From: Octopus bimaculoides
Lineage: Eukaryota
DNA: 41,507 bases
Direction: 5' to 3'
Assembly (NCBI RefSeq): GCF_001194135.2
Contig: NC_068986.1
Coordinates: 101,708,457 to 101,749,963 of the forward strand
Shown here: one piece after another, positions 23,523 through 35,419 of the stretch
How positions within the stretch are numbered: the stretch's first letter is position 1
Layout: each line of letters opens with the position of its first letter
Program-made: the position numbers and the translations under genes
The notes under the pieces: model-generated
What the model saw: the letters and a program-made list of their open reading frames with translations, nothing else
Database searches by the model: none
Told to the model about the DNA's origin: nothing

Positions 23523-25166
23523 TGTGTGTGTATTTTACGCAGACATAAGAAAATGCTTTAGGAATTCTATTATGAATAAAACAAAAGAAATTATTTGAGA
23601 CGTTATCAATTTACGCTACCTGCTTCAATAACTTAAAATATGATTTAGTTATGCTGAGAAAAACAGTAGAAAACGGTTGAAAATAAGTTACTCTTCTTTT
23701 ATATTATGACTTATGGAAGCTCCTGCTTTCCGATGGTGCAGAAATTTCTCTTTCCACGATTGTTCATGAGATATATGAGTTGAAATTTTAGCAAGATTGG
23801 TCGCACGTGATAATAATAGTAGCAGGAATGGCCATGGTTTGGACGCAATCATTCAGGCCCAAATCAATGAAAACTATACTGAAAGTTAAACTTCACAAAA
23901 TAATTCCAGGACAAACTATAAAAGAAAACAAAAGACTCAACTCTGGTGTATGTTTTAACGTGACAGAATCATCATCAGTGTGTTCAAAACATGCTCAATG
24001 TTTGTTTGAAACAAAATGACTTGATCTTAAAATCCGAAAATCTAGTGTATACAGCTATATACACAAGTTGTACAGATTATCACTTAGAATGTATACATGT
24101 GCAGGTTGTGGACTGTAAAAAATAGTAGATGACATTTGATGAATATTGGGAAATGAAACCAGAATGTTTTCAAAGAGACCCTCCATATCATGTTAATCAC
24201 AAACCATGTATGTGCCTATATATATNNNNNNNNNNNNNNNNNNNNNNNNNNNNNNNNNNNNNNNNNNATATATATATATATATATATAATGCGTTAAACG
24301 TGTGAGTGAATATTGCTTGCTTGTTTGATTACAATGTTACCCAACCAAATTGGCGCATCATGGGAAAATAATATGAATTAATTTTGCCCGTCAAATGTGA
24401 ATACGAATGAAATAAAACCAGTTCTGCGTAAATCGAGCAACTGGTTATTGACATATCAAGGGTGTTCGGGGTATAAATACTCGACCTGGTATATAATGGG
24501 AACATTCTCCGAAAATTAATTAACACTGAAAGGTAAAAAAACTCTTACCATTCGATTAGACAGAGTGACTTGACAAAGAAAAAATACTATTTGTTTTTTA
24601 CAGTAAATGTTTCTATTTTCACTTTTCCTACACACAATATTTTAATCATTCAGAAATATTTGTAAGTGAATGCGATTTCAAAAATGTAAGTTGTTTGTAC
24701 AGTAAATATTTATAATTTAGCTTTCTTTAAACATGCAATATTTGAATAAGTGAAACAATTACAAAATTATTTTTGGCATATTTGAAAAAAACATTTTAAA
24801 GTGAAAATGACTTTAAACATACGGTAAATATTTCGTTAGAGACCCGTTCTTAACCTCTGTTTGAAATTATTTTCTTCTATGGATATTTTTTGGGAGTCCA
24901 TTCAACGTATCTCACCCCAAAAGATATGGCTGCTATTTCTAACACGCCTAGCTACCACGCAACAGCTATGTGTGATAAAGGACTGAAATATGTTACGTAG
25001 TAGCAGAACATGCAAGAAAGAGCAATCAAATCTTTCCTTTTCTGGGGAAAGAGTTGTCTCACGGATAAATGGATATGTAGGCTCTACTGGTGGATTGCCT
25101 AACTATGTGTAGGCCATTATATGAGGTTGACAGGTGTTGGTAATTTAAATGGTGAACCGTGGTTTA

Positions 25167-25665
25167 ATATATTTAGATAGGGGAAGAAATGTAGTAACAA
25201 TTAGCAATTGATCATTGGTCATAGTTTTATTATACTTAAAATAACATTTATACCTGTTTCAGTTTGTTATTTTTGTGTTAAACTTGCACTTATCTCGTTC
25301 CATGTAACAAACATTGTCAGAATGATTTGGACTTTATCAGAGGAATATTGACAGGAGAACGAAACAAAAATGAAAAAAAAGGAAAACAGGAAAAAAGTTC
25401 GTTAAGTCATTAGCTTGACGAACTTTTTGCCTGTTTTCCTTTTTCTTTTCCTTTTTCCTTTTTATCGCTTGTCAACATTCGGTCCCTTGTCAATATTCCT
25501 CTGACGACGTTTGTTACATGGAACGAGATAAATGGAAGTTTATTTCAGAAATAACGAGCTGCAACACCTGCAAATGTTATTTTAATTATAATCAAATTAT
25601 GACCATCAAATACCAATGATCAACTTCTAATTGTTAATGGCTGTTCCATCTCTTCTCTTATCTGA

Positions 25666-25670
<5 letters not shown>
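25167..25670. mobile_element. ~500-bp imperfect palindrome (foldback / MITE-like)
   Basis: Perfect 23-bp arms 25290-25312 and 25509-25531; near-perfect 30-bp central stem 25377-25406 / 25414-25443 around a 7-nt loop; complementarity continues outward to ~25167 and ~25670. Confidence 0.85.
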
Positions 25671-25728
<58 letters not shown>

Positions 25729-25841
25729 AGTGTGTGCATTTCTGTGTATATGTGTATATATGTGTGTATGGTGTATATGTATACATGTACATATGCATAC
25801 ATATATATATATGTGCATGCATATGTGTGTGTGTGTGTATG

Positions 25842-27106
25842 TATCAGGTTGAGTGAAACGTAAACAACATTTTGAACAATGAAGAACTTGGTACGGGATT
25901 TTTGCAAAGTTTTGAATTTTTTCTTAAACACTTTTTTGCAATTTATAATACAGACATGAACTTGCCCAAATGCATCAATAAATTTACTCTGATTTGTTTT
26001 CACCGTTGTTACACTCATCTGAAACGGAACTCTAAAACCGCGCTATTCGAGCAATTTTGCTATTCAACTTCTAAAAGGACGTAAAGAACTGAAACTTCTC
26101 GCGATATCAACGAAACCTTTGGTGAGGAAATGACAAGTGAGTTATCAACTCCAAAATGGTCTAAACGATTTTGTAGGGAGGACATGAGCCTTGAAGATCG
26201 CGAGTGTAGTGGACGCCCATCTGTCATCGATGATTGTGAATGAAAGACCGTCATTCAGAACGATCCACATAAAACTAATCGAGAACTGGCAAAAAGACTT
26301 CAAGTTAGCTAGAAAACTGCCTGCTATCATTAGCATGCGATCAGAAAAAAAGCTCCGCAAATTTGTACCACACGAATTGAAGGAAAATAAGAAAATGCAC
26401 TAATATATAATTTGATTGTCGCTTCTTCTCCATAATTAGACCAATCCATTTCTCCACCGTACTGTATCTTACAATGAAAAGTGGATTTTGTGCTATAATA
26501 AAAACACTTTCTTCACAGGGGTTAGACCAAAATAAAGCATCGGGAACCTTCCCTAATCCAGAGATCCTCAAAAGGGAGGTTATGGTGATTGTTTGGTGGT
26601 CTACCGCTTGACGCATACAGTATAATTTCTTAAAACACAGAACAACCATTACTGCAGTAATATATTGACATGAAATTTTCAAATTGAACGAAAAACTTCT
26701 TTTCTTCCATTTCAAACTGTTCAACAGAATAGGGTCAATTATTCTCCATGCCAATGCTTGACCACACGTTTCCCTAACGATGCTTCAGATGTTGAGGAGA
26801 AAATGGCCACGAATTTCTTCCACACCCAGCTTATTCCCCAGACCTTTCTCCTACTGACTATCACTTTTTCCAAGCACCTTGATAGTTAAAAGATCAAACC
26901 TATGCTGTAACTGCGTTCAAAGAGTTCATCAGCTCCAGAACTTAAGATTTTTGTGCAAGCGGAATTAGTAAACTTGTAAACTCGTAGGCGAAAATGTGTT
27001 GATTGTACTAGTATTTATCTTGATGCATAAAATTTCCGCATTATAGAGATATATTGCGATGAATTTCATGTTTCAAAATATTGCTTACTTTCTACTCAGC
27101 CTGAAA
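25842..27106 (+). mobile_element. full-length decayed mariner transposon (~1265 bp) with both TIRs
   Basis: TIRs TATCAGGTTGAGTGAAACGTAAACAACATTTTGAA / TTCAAAATATTGCTTACTTTCTACTCAGCCTGAAA. Protein remnants include SLEDRECSGRPSVID, FVPHEL, NEKWI, VMVIVWWS, ILHANA*PH and HPAYSPDLSPTDYHFF. Confidence 0.92.
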
Positions 27107-27185
27107 CATGCATTCACGCACACACACACACACATACACACACGCAAACATGTATGCGTGTGTGTGTATACATACTCTTTTACAC

Positions 27186-27568
27186 TCTTTTTACTTTTTT
27201 ACTTGTTTCAGTCATTTGACTGCGTTCATGTTGGAGCACCGCCTTTAGTCGAAGAAATAGACCCCAGAACTTATACTATCAGTCTCTTTTGCCGAAGCGC
27301 TAAGTTACGGGGACGTAAACGCACTAGCATCGGTTGTCAAGCGATGTTGGAGGGGACAGACACAGACACACAAACATATACATGCACACATACATATATA
27401 TATACATATATACGACAGGCTTCTTTCAGTTTCCGTCTACCAAATCCACTCACAAGGCTTTGGTCGGTTTGAGGCTATAGTAGACGACACCTGCCCAAGT
27501 TGCCACGCAGTGGGACTGAACCCAGAGCCATGTGGTTGGTAAGCAAGTTACTTACCACGCAGCAACAC
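27186..27568 (-). mobile_element. SINE family A copy, near full length
   Basis: Both bodies, the internal (TA/CA) tract and the tRNA-like head (reverse complement of GGGACTGAACCC) are present. Confidence 0.9.
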
Positions 27569-28384
27569 TGATATATATATATATATATATACACTTACTT
27601 TATTCACTAATGTGATTTAATATTCATTAATAGGTCCGTAGGCAGGTATTATGCTCATGTAGTTTCATTCTGTATGCTGCATTATCAATGGATTGCTATA
27701 TCTCCTGGTATCAGAAATAGGGTTGTTGTAATGTTGTGTACCACCTGACCCAAAATAGTAAAACTACACATAGTCAATTCCTTTTTTTTTTTCTTGTTTG
27801 AACGATTAAGACTTAGTTTCCCATTTAAATAAGCACCTTGACGTATGTTTCTTTGCGTACTTTAGTGAGATATTTGCGCATAGAACGTGTAAGTGTCCGT
27901 ACCTGCCAGGTTTACTTGTAGGTTTATTCATAAGCTAGTTGGATAGTAATTCAAAAACTGATAAAAATGTCATGTATTGTTTTCTGCATATAAATGTTAT
28001 TGGATTTTCTTTGCTTTATCTTGGTCAAAGACTAGATTTCTATGAGAAAACATAAAAGTGAGGCCAGTAACAAATGAATGTTTAGATTTGCTTGTAGCAA
28101 GGAAATAGAAATTTCAGAAAAGGAATTTAAGGATTCTAATAATAGTAGAAAATCATTTTGAATATATTTTGATTGTGACGTCAATTGGTCAACATTCGCT
28201 GTAAAGTTTAAAAGAATCTTTAAGTCGCAAAATTTCAAATATATGTATTTGTATAACTGTGCCTCAGAAAATACTACACACACGTACACACATATGCACA
28301 AACACACAAACGCACTCACACACAGTGCATGCGCGCACGCACTTGTAAAGCACACACACACAGAGCCGACTACATTTCACCACT

Positions 28385-28932
28385 GACAATGAGCACAAAC
28401 CGCCCGAAACCGTACGGTCTGCTGATCCCGTCGTCTGCTAGAAGATGGTAGGATTTCACTCCTCTGCTTCCAATAAGTATCTGGTGCAGATTGCATCGAT
28501 AATCAGCTGAGAGAAGCTCCGCCTAGGGTTAATATCTGTAGTAACTTTGGCTCCAATAGAAAAGCGATATTGATGTGGCGATAATCATTACTTCTCAATA
28601 TATTGGTTTGTCCGGAAAGTTAGTCCCGATTTCCCAAAAGGCTCTTCTCACTCAACTCATGTGGTACCCAAACATCGTAGCGATTTGTGTACCCAATTTT
28701 TACCAGTTGCTCATGAAAGACAGATTTTGATAGGTTGAGGATTTCTGCCAATTCTCGGGTTGTGCAATGTGGGTTATTCTCAACTAATGACTTGATTTGG
28801 TCATCATCTGTAGTGGGTGGTCTGCCTGTTCCCTATTTATCAATAAGGCTGCAATCTCCAGCTCGGAACTTTGCGAACAACTTCTGTAGAGTTCTTTCGG
28901 ATAAAGAAACATCACCGTAAACTGCGCATATT
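28385..28932 (-). mobile_element. mariner transposase fragment (N-terminal half plus decayed catalytic region)
   Basis: KICAVYGDVSLSERTLQKLFAKFRAGDCSLID..GRPPTTDDDQIKSLVENNPHCTTRELAEILNLSKS...WVPHELSEK. Confidence 0.88.
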
Positions 28933-28940
28933 TTAAGTCG

Positions 28941-29000
28941 TTGGTCGACCCGAGGCTATAGTAAAAGTCACTTTCTCAAGGTACCTCGCAGTGGAGCTGA
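28941..29000 (-). mobile_element. SINE family A head fragment abutting the mariner break
   Basis: TTGGTCGACCCGAGGCTATAGTAAAAGTCACTT..CAAGGTACC.CGCAGTGG matches other copies, e.g. 27461-27520. Confidence 0.7.
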
Positions 29001-30338
29001 GTATTGTTATTACTATCATATATATCGTGCTTTATATTGGTGTATCTTGATGCAACCACAAGAAACTGGCTCACAAGGCAGCATTATTTTATGGTGGCCA
29101 GCATAATGGAATAGATCTATTTGCATATTCAAAGCATTACCATAAACAACTTCAAACGTTATGTTTAATGTGTACATATTTAAATACACAACGAAATGTA
29201 CTGTGTCTTCTGCTGTCGGATAACCGCATTGAGTTCTACAGGTGACGTAGAAGATGAAGGATGTATGTTACAATTTACGTCTCAGACACAGGTATATAAT
29301 GCGGTTGGTTTATATTTGTTTCGACCAGTCCACGTGCAAAACTTTAGCTACGAAAGAAGTTAGCGCATCCCGATTAGCATACACACACACTCATATTCAA
29401 TAGTACATCGAAAACCAGACAATCCCATACGTAGGTACACATAGGCAGATATTGCTGCTGCAGAGGAGTAAGCAGACAAGATGATTTATTATATGACAAT
29501 GGACAATCATATTCTTTCTAAATATTTTCAAAATTATTCAATTGAACAAATATCGTTTCCATTATCGTCTACGAAGTCATTGAAAATAGTAATTGCTTCC
29601 AGAAAAAAACGAATATTTGATAGAGACAAATCGGTAGTTAATATCCAAACCTAGTTTGATATAAAATATCATTTCAGAATATATCATATGACATATGCTT
29701 TCAAATCCGTGACGCATTTTATTTTAAACAATACGGTCTTGATATCGTCTCTTTGGATTGAATTTACATCCTACAACGATTTATTTTCTATATTGCGCTT
29801 GAATTTGTAAATATATTTACTACTACTTACTAAGCATATTTGGAATAATCTAATGTACTTCGATATACGAAGTAAAATAATCAATATACTATGGTTAAAA
29901 TACAGTGTGCATTGCTTTAAATTGCCAAGTGGAACCTATAATTGCCAACAAAATTTTGAAATGACCAGGCATTTCTAAGTGTTTTGAAACATTACCAAGA
30001 TCTTCTTTCGCTTTTATGATTTCAAGATGCATGTTATATGATGACAATTATATATGTGAAAATGTGCCGCCGTAAAAAAAGGTTCGATGAACGTTTTTAG
30101 AAAACATTGCTATGAATAATCTCTCTCTCTTTCTTTATCTATATATCTCCAACTACGTATATATACGTGTGTGTATGTGTGTGTGCATGTGCGCGAATGT
30201 GTGTGCGTAAGTGAATATCCATATATGCATATATGAGATATATAAGTATATATATATATTATATATACATACACAATTGCACACGCACAGATATGCATAG
30301 ATACATGCGTATATGTATGTACGTATATATATATATAT

Positions 30339-31102
30339 NNNNNNNNNNNNNNNNNNNNNNNNNNNNNNNNNNNNNNNNNNNNNNNNNNNNNNNNNNNNNN
30401 NNNNNNNNNNNNNNNNNNNNNNNNNNNNNNNNNNNNNNNNNNNNNNNNNNNNNNNNNNNNNNNNNNNNNNNNNNNNNNNNNNNNNNNNNNNNNNNNNNNN
30501 NNNNNNNNNNNNNNNNNNNNNNNNNNNNNNNNNNNNNNNNNNNNNNNNNNNNNNNNNNNNNNNNNNNNNNNNNNNNNNNNNNNNNNNNNNNNNNNNNNNN
30601 NNNNNNNNNNNNNNNNNNNNNNNNNNNNNNNNNNNNNNNNNNNNNNNNNNNNNNNNNNNNNNNNNNNNNNNNNNNNNNNNNNNNNNNNNNNNNNNNNNNN
30701 NNNNNNNNNNNNNNNNNNNNNNNNNNNNNNNNNNNNNNNNNNNNNNNNNNNNNNNNNNNNNNNNNNNNNNNNNNNNNNNNNNNNNNNNNNNNNNNNNNNN
30801 NNNNNNNNNNNNNNNNNNNNNNNNNNNNNNNNNNNNNNNNNNNNNNNNNNNNNNNNNNNNNNNNNNNNNNNNNNNNNNNNNNNNNNNNNNNNNNNNNNNN
30901 NNNNNNNNNNNNNNNNNNNNNNNNNNNNNNNNNNNNNNNNNNNNNNNNNNNNNNNNNNNNNNNNNNNNNNNNNNNNNNNNNNNNNNNNNNNNNNNNNNNN
31001 NNNNNNNNNNNNNNNNNNNNNNNNNNNNNNNNNNNNNNNNNNNNNNNNNNNNNNNNNNNNNNNNNNNNNNNNNNNNNNNNNNNNNNNNNNNNNNNNNNNN
31101 NN
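30339..31102. other. largest assembly gap (one of 14 N-runs, most flanked by (TA)n)
   Basis: Direct reading; other large gaps at ~3597, 13199, 14955, 32671, 34518 and 38491. Confidence 0.99.
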
Positions 31103-31103
31103 N

Positions 31104-31164
<61 letters not shown>

Positions 31165-31798
31165 ATGTGTGTATGCGTGTGTGAGTGTGTCTGTGTGTGT
31201 GTGTGTGCGTGCGTGCATTTGAGTGTATATAAGGAAATGAGATTAAATCATTTTTTTTTTATATACCAAATATCATAGTAAAACTCTAATGTATTAACAT
31301 AGGATAAGAGAGAAAATTAAGCGATACCGAAAGAGTCTATATTTTCTGAGTGAGGCGACTTGGAAATAAGTTCAGGCTGCCAAATCAACCTCTCCAGACA
31401 CTGTTAAAATTCCATTATTTCCGCCTGAAAACCATTTGGCTCTCACATGATAATAATTCGACTTCTCTTGGGAGCTATATTGGTTGATTGAGCGTATATT
31501 CAAATCACTTACTTGCCAAATAAATAACAGTTCTGGTAAAACAAACTAATCCTAACATTATGATGAAACTTGAAATCTGGCGAAAGTTACGGAGCAAAAT
31601 GTAAGCTCAAGGCTACTGAACATAGCGACTAGACTCTAACTTATCACATTGGACGTGTTTAATTTCCATTTTGACATTAACGTCTTCATATGGAAGTGAC
31701 TCCATGGTTTCAAAATTCACCTCAAATTCTTTCTTGATATAGATCTATCTAATTTAGATATTAGCATGTAATTTTTGTTAGGAGGGTATGTAATTGTT

Positions 31799-32099
31799 GT
31801 TCGTGCGTGAGTGAGAGAAAGAAAGAGAGAGAGATAGAGAGAGAGAGAGAGATAGATAGAGAGAGAGAGAGAGAGGGGGGGGGATGTGCTTAGAATATCT
31901 GTGCCGAATAAACAGCTTAACTTTGAGGATTAAATGAGAAATGAATATATGGATATCCTACAGGATGGTGGGAAAGTTCAAGGGAGAAAAGATTGATACT
32001 ATTGAAGAAAATGAGCGGAGGAAAGCAAACTTTCATAGAGGACAGACAGTAAAGGATTCTTGCATTCCTTTTCCTGGTTTCAATTGTTAAAACTACGCT
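31799..32099 (+). repeat. dispersed direct repeat, copy 1 (partner 36853-37155)
   Basis: Core 31884-32099 versus 36940-37155 shows 7 substitutions in ~216 bp by manual count; both share upstream GTTCGTGCGTGAGTGAGAGAAAGA plus a GA tract. Confidence 0.95.
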
Positions 32100-32349
32100 T
32101 TTTGTGTGCGTATATAGTCCCATTATTTCACTGGTAAAATATTTTATCTTTCTTGCAAGTACCTGTGACGGATTTGAATTCAGGAATAAGGACCTGCGAC
32201 GAATACTGCTAGCTAATTTCCTGATGCTCCACTGAATCTGTATATTACCACGGTCAGCTGTTACTTTAGTTTGTTAACCTCAACGTGAATTTCAACTCAG
32301 TACAATTCGAACTCAGATAATTACGAACCGGGTTCTACCTCGCCAGGAA

Positions 32350-32540
32350 ATTTAGATTCTGTTTGCTGCGATACATTGTGCGTATCATTCTGTTTGCCAA
32401 CATCAGCAATGAAGAGATCCTACGGCGTGCTGGTCTCTCTCCTATGATGCAAATCGTCACTGGTAAAATTTTAGCCTGGCTGGGACACATATGCAAGATG
32501 GACAAAAGCAGAACTTTCATAGAAAACCTAGACTGAAATT
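32350..32540 (+). mobile_element. RTE-type LINE RT C-terminal fragment
   Basis: LRYIVRIILFANISNEEILRRAGLSPMMQIVTGKILAWLGHICKMDKSR matches the LRxILxIxW...NxExLxRA...RLRWxGHxxRM pattern. Confidence 0.75.
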
Positions 32541-32542
32541 CG

Positions 32543-32592
32543 AGGGTACTGAACATGAAGGGTACTGAACATGAAGGGTACTGAACATGAAG
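32543..32592. repeat. 16-bp perfect tandem repeat x3 (AGGGTACTGAACATGA)
   Basis: Units at 32543, 32559 and 32575. Confidence 0.95.
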
Positions 32593-33140
32593 TGGAAAGG
32601 TATCATAGTTAATGGCAAAAGAAAGCGAAAAAACAGACTACTATGGGGACAGCTTATCAAGTATATATATNNNNNNNNNNNNNNNNNNNNNNNNNNNNNN
32701 NNNNNNNNNNNNNNNNNNNNNNNNNNNNNNNNNNNNNNNNNNNNNNNNNNNNNNNNNNNNNNNNNNNNNNNNNNNNNNNNNNNNNNNNNNNNNNNNNNNN
32801 NNNNNNNNNNNNNNNNNNNNNNNNNNNNNNNNNNNNNNNNNNNNNNNNNNNNNNNNNNNNNNNNNNNNNNNNNNNNNNNNNNNNNNNNNNNNNNNNNNNN
32901 NNNNNNNNNNNNNNNNNNNNNNNNNNNNNNNNNNNNNNNNNNNNNNNNNNNNNNNNNNNNNNNNNNNNNNNNNNNNNNNNNNNNNNNNNNNNNNNNNNNN
33001 NNNNNNNNNNNNNNNNNNNNNNNNNNNNNNNNNNNNNNNNNNNNNNNNNNNNNNNNNNNNNNNNNNNNNNNNNNNNNNNNNNNNNNNNNNNNNNNNNNNN
33101 NNNNNNNNNNNNNNNNNNTATATATATATATATATATATA

Positions 33141-33285
33141 TACGAGGGACTTCTTTCAGTTTCCGCTTACCATATCCACGCACAAGTCTTTGGTCGGCCC
33201 GATACAATGTTTGAACATACTTTCACAAGATGCTACGCTGTGGAACTGTGGTTGGGAAGAAAGCTTCTTAACACACAGCCATCCC
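33141..33285 (-). mobile_element. SINE family A 5' half (remainder probably lost in the gap)
   Basis: TACGAGGGACTTCTTTCAGTTTCCG...TTTGGTCGGCCCGA...TGTGGTTGGGAAGAAAGCTTCTTAACACACAGCCA. Confidence 0.8.
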
Positions 33286-33824
33286 GTCTAATACACGGAC
33301 ATCGCATTTTTACAACTATATTATAGGAATAGACATAAAATGAGGTTTCTGTGTAATACTAGCAAAATATGACAGTATGGAGAAGATGTATCGTTGGCTT
33401 AATAGAAGAATAGAACTACAAATCATTCATCACCGTATATTGAATTAGTCTAAGATATATTTTTATGGTATTTCAGTTCAGAAAATAATATTCCTTAGGT
33501 GTGGACTTATTGGAGTTTACAGAAGTATATGTATTTTACATGAGGATTAAATGAAAAAAATGAAAGCTTTAGAGCGATATGGCTTCTACTGGAAAAGGAC
33601 ACCTCGTCATTAATTCCACTCTGTATGAAAAAAAAAAAACAAAGACAAACAAACAAAAACATTTATCATCTGGTACATTGAACGCAATTTGTATTGATTT
33701 GTTGCATTTGGAAAACTTCAGTGAAGGAAAATAGCACATTACTGGTACATATCTTTCATAAACAATGAACGTTGAAAATAAGGCGTTTTCCGAATGTATT
33801 TCCAGATCTTTAAATGAAGCCCAT

Positions 33825-34006
33825 TACGTGTGCGTGTGTGTCTGTGTGTGTGTGTGTTTGTTTGTTTGTTTGTTTGTTCGTTTGTTTGTTTGTTTGTTTG
33901 TTTGTGTGTGTGTATGTTTGTGTGTTTGTGTTTGTGTGTGTGTGTGTATGTATGTGCGTGTGTGTATGTATGTGTGTGTGTGCGTGTGTGTGTGGGTGTA
34001 TGTGTG

Positions 34007-34055
<49 letters not shown>

Positions 34056-34056
34056 T
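33825..34056. repeat. compound (GT)n/(GTTT)n microsatellite
   Basis: Direct reading. Confidence 0.95.
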
Positions 34057-35140
34057 TAGCTCTGTCAAATCAGCGTACTGAATAGTTCGAAAACATATTC
34101 CTGTTGATTTTATTTTTTTACATCCTACTAGTGATTTTATATTTGTTGTAAGATTTAGCTGTCGTATACATATCTACACCTGCTCACACTCCCTCAAACA
34201 TACACACACACACGCATTAACTAACAAAAAAAAAAGATAATCCTTTCTCGGTGCACTTTCAGCCAATTGTATTAGCATCATGACAAAGCAGTGTTTATAT
34301 TAAATAAGAACAAATAATAACATCAATAAGTATATAATCACAATGAACATTTCATTTTCTTGGCTCGCTAGTTTGTATTCAGCAAACAGTTATTTCGCTG
34401 TGTTCTGACGTGCTAAAGGAACTGAACACATCCGAGATTACTTAGCATGATGTTCAAAATTAACCGGAAATTGACTTCAGCGATAGAATGGGCGTTCAAC
34501 GTTGACATACGGTAGGTNNNNNNNNNNNNNNNNNNNNNNNNNNNNNNNNNNNNNNNNNNNNNNNNNNNNNNNNNNNNNNNNNNNNNNNNNNNNNNNNNNN
34601 NNNNNNNNNNNNNNNNNNNNNNNNNNNNNNNNNNNNNNNNNNNNNNNNNNNNNNNNNNNNNNNNNNNNNNNNNNNNNNNNNNNNNNNNNNNNNNNNNNNN
34701 NNNNNNNNNNNNNNNNNNNNNNNNNNNNNNNNNNNNNNNNNNNNNNNNNNNNNNNNNNNNNNNNNNNNNNNNNNNNNNNNNNNNNNNNNNNNNNNNNNNN
34801 NNNNNNNNNNNNNNNNNNNNNNNNNNNNNNNNNNNNNNNNNNNNNNNNNNNNNNNNNNNNNNNNNNNNNNNNNNNNNNNNNNNNNNNNNNNNNNNNNNNN
34901 NNNNNNNNNNNNNNNNNNNNNNNNNNNNNNNNNNNNNNNNNNNNNNNNNNNNNNNNNNNNNNNNNNNNNNNNNNNNNNNNNNNNNNNNNNNNNNNNNNNN
35001 NNNNNNNNNNNNNNNNNNNNNNNNNNNNNNNNNNNNNNNNNNNNNNNNNNNNNNNNNNNTATATATATTATATGCGGTAGACAGCATTCCTTGTTTTAGG
35101 GGTAATAGTTGGGTTAAAAGTTAATACAATGAAATTCTTA

Positions 35141-35419
35141 TCAGTACATCTGGTATTGTCCAATGGGTATGTCTACCAAAACTGTGTCTGTTTCTCCTTC
35201 TCGTTTGTACTGCGAGTGATCAGTGTGGTGACACTGGATGTCCATAGGAGCACTGGAGACCTCCTCCGTAGAGTCACTGAATGTAACCGCTCCGACGAAT
35301 TCACGGGTAGTGTGGATGTGACATATCTCTATCTGTCTTTTGACATCGACTTTGCTGCGGAGAAAAAGGTGGTGAAAATCTGCAAGAGCGAAGTAGCGTT
35401 TCGCGAATTAAACCCGTGA
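35141..35419. other. GC-elevated segment with open frames on both strands; possible exon
   Basis: Minus: acceptor CTCTTGCAG then a 239-nt exon (35379-35141) encoding FHHLFLRSKVDVKRQIE...GQYQMY*. Plus: ORF 35129-35419. No family recognised. Confidence 0.25.

Noticed and set aside
24329-24526. Minus-strand ORF after a good acceptor (TTTTTACCTTTCAG)
   Set aside because: No recognisable homology or strong donor; insufficient evidence.
29242-29291. 50-nt micro-exon candidate (DVEDEGCMLQFTSQTQ); similar 26-nt candidate near 36217
   Set aside because: Splice-like flanks are frequent by chance and the segments are too short to support.
31620-31745. Minus frame IKKEFEVNFETMESLPYEDVNVKMEIK resembling zinc-finger gene N-termini
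   Set aside because: Short, poor acceptor, and no C2H2 array in the window.
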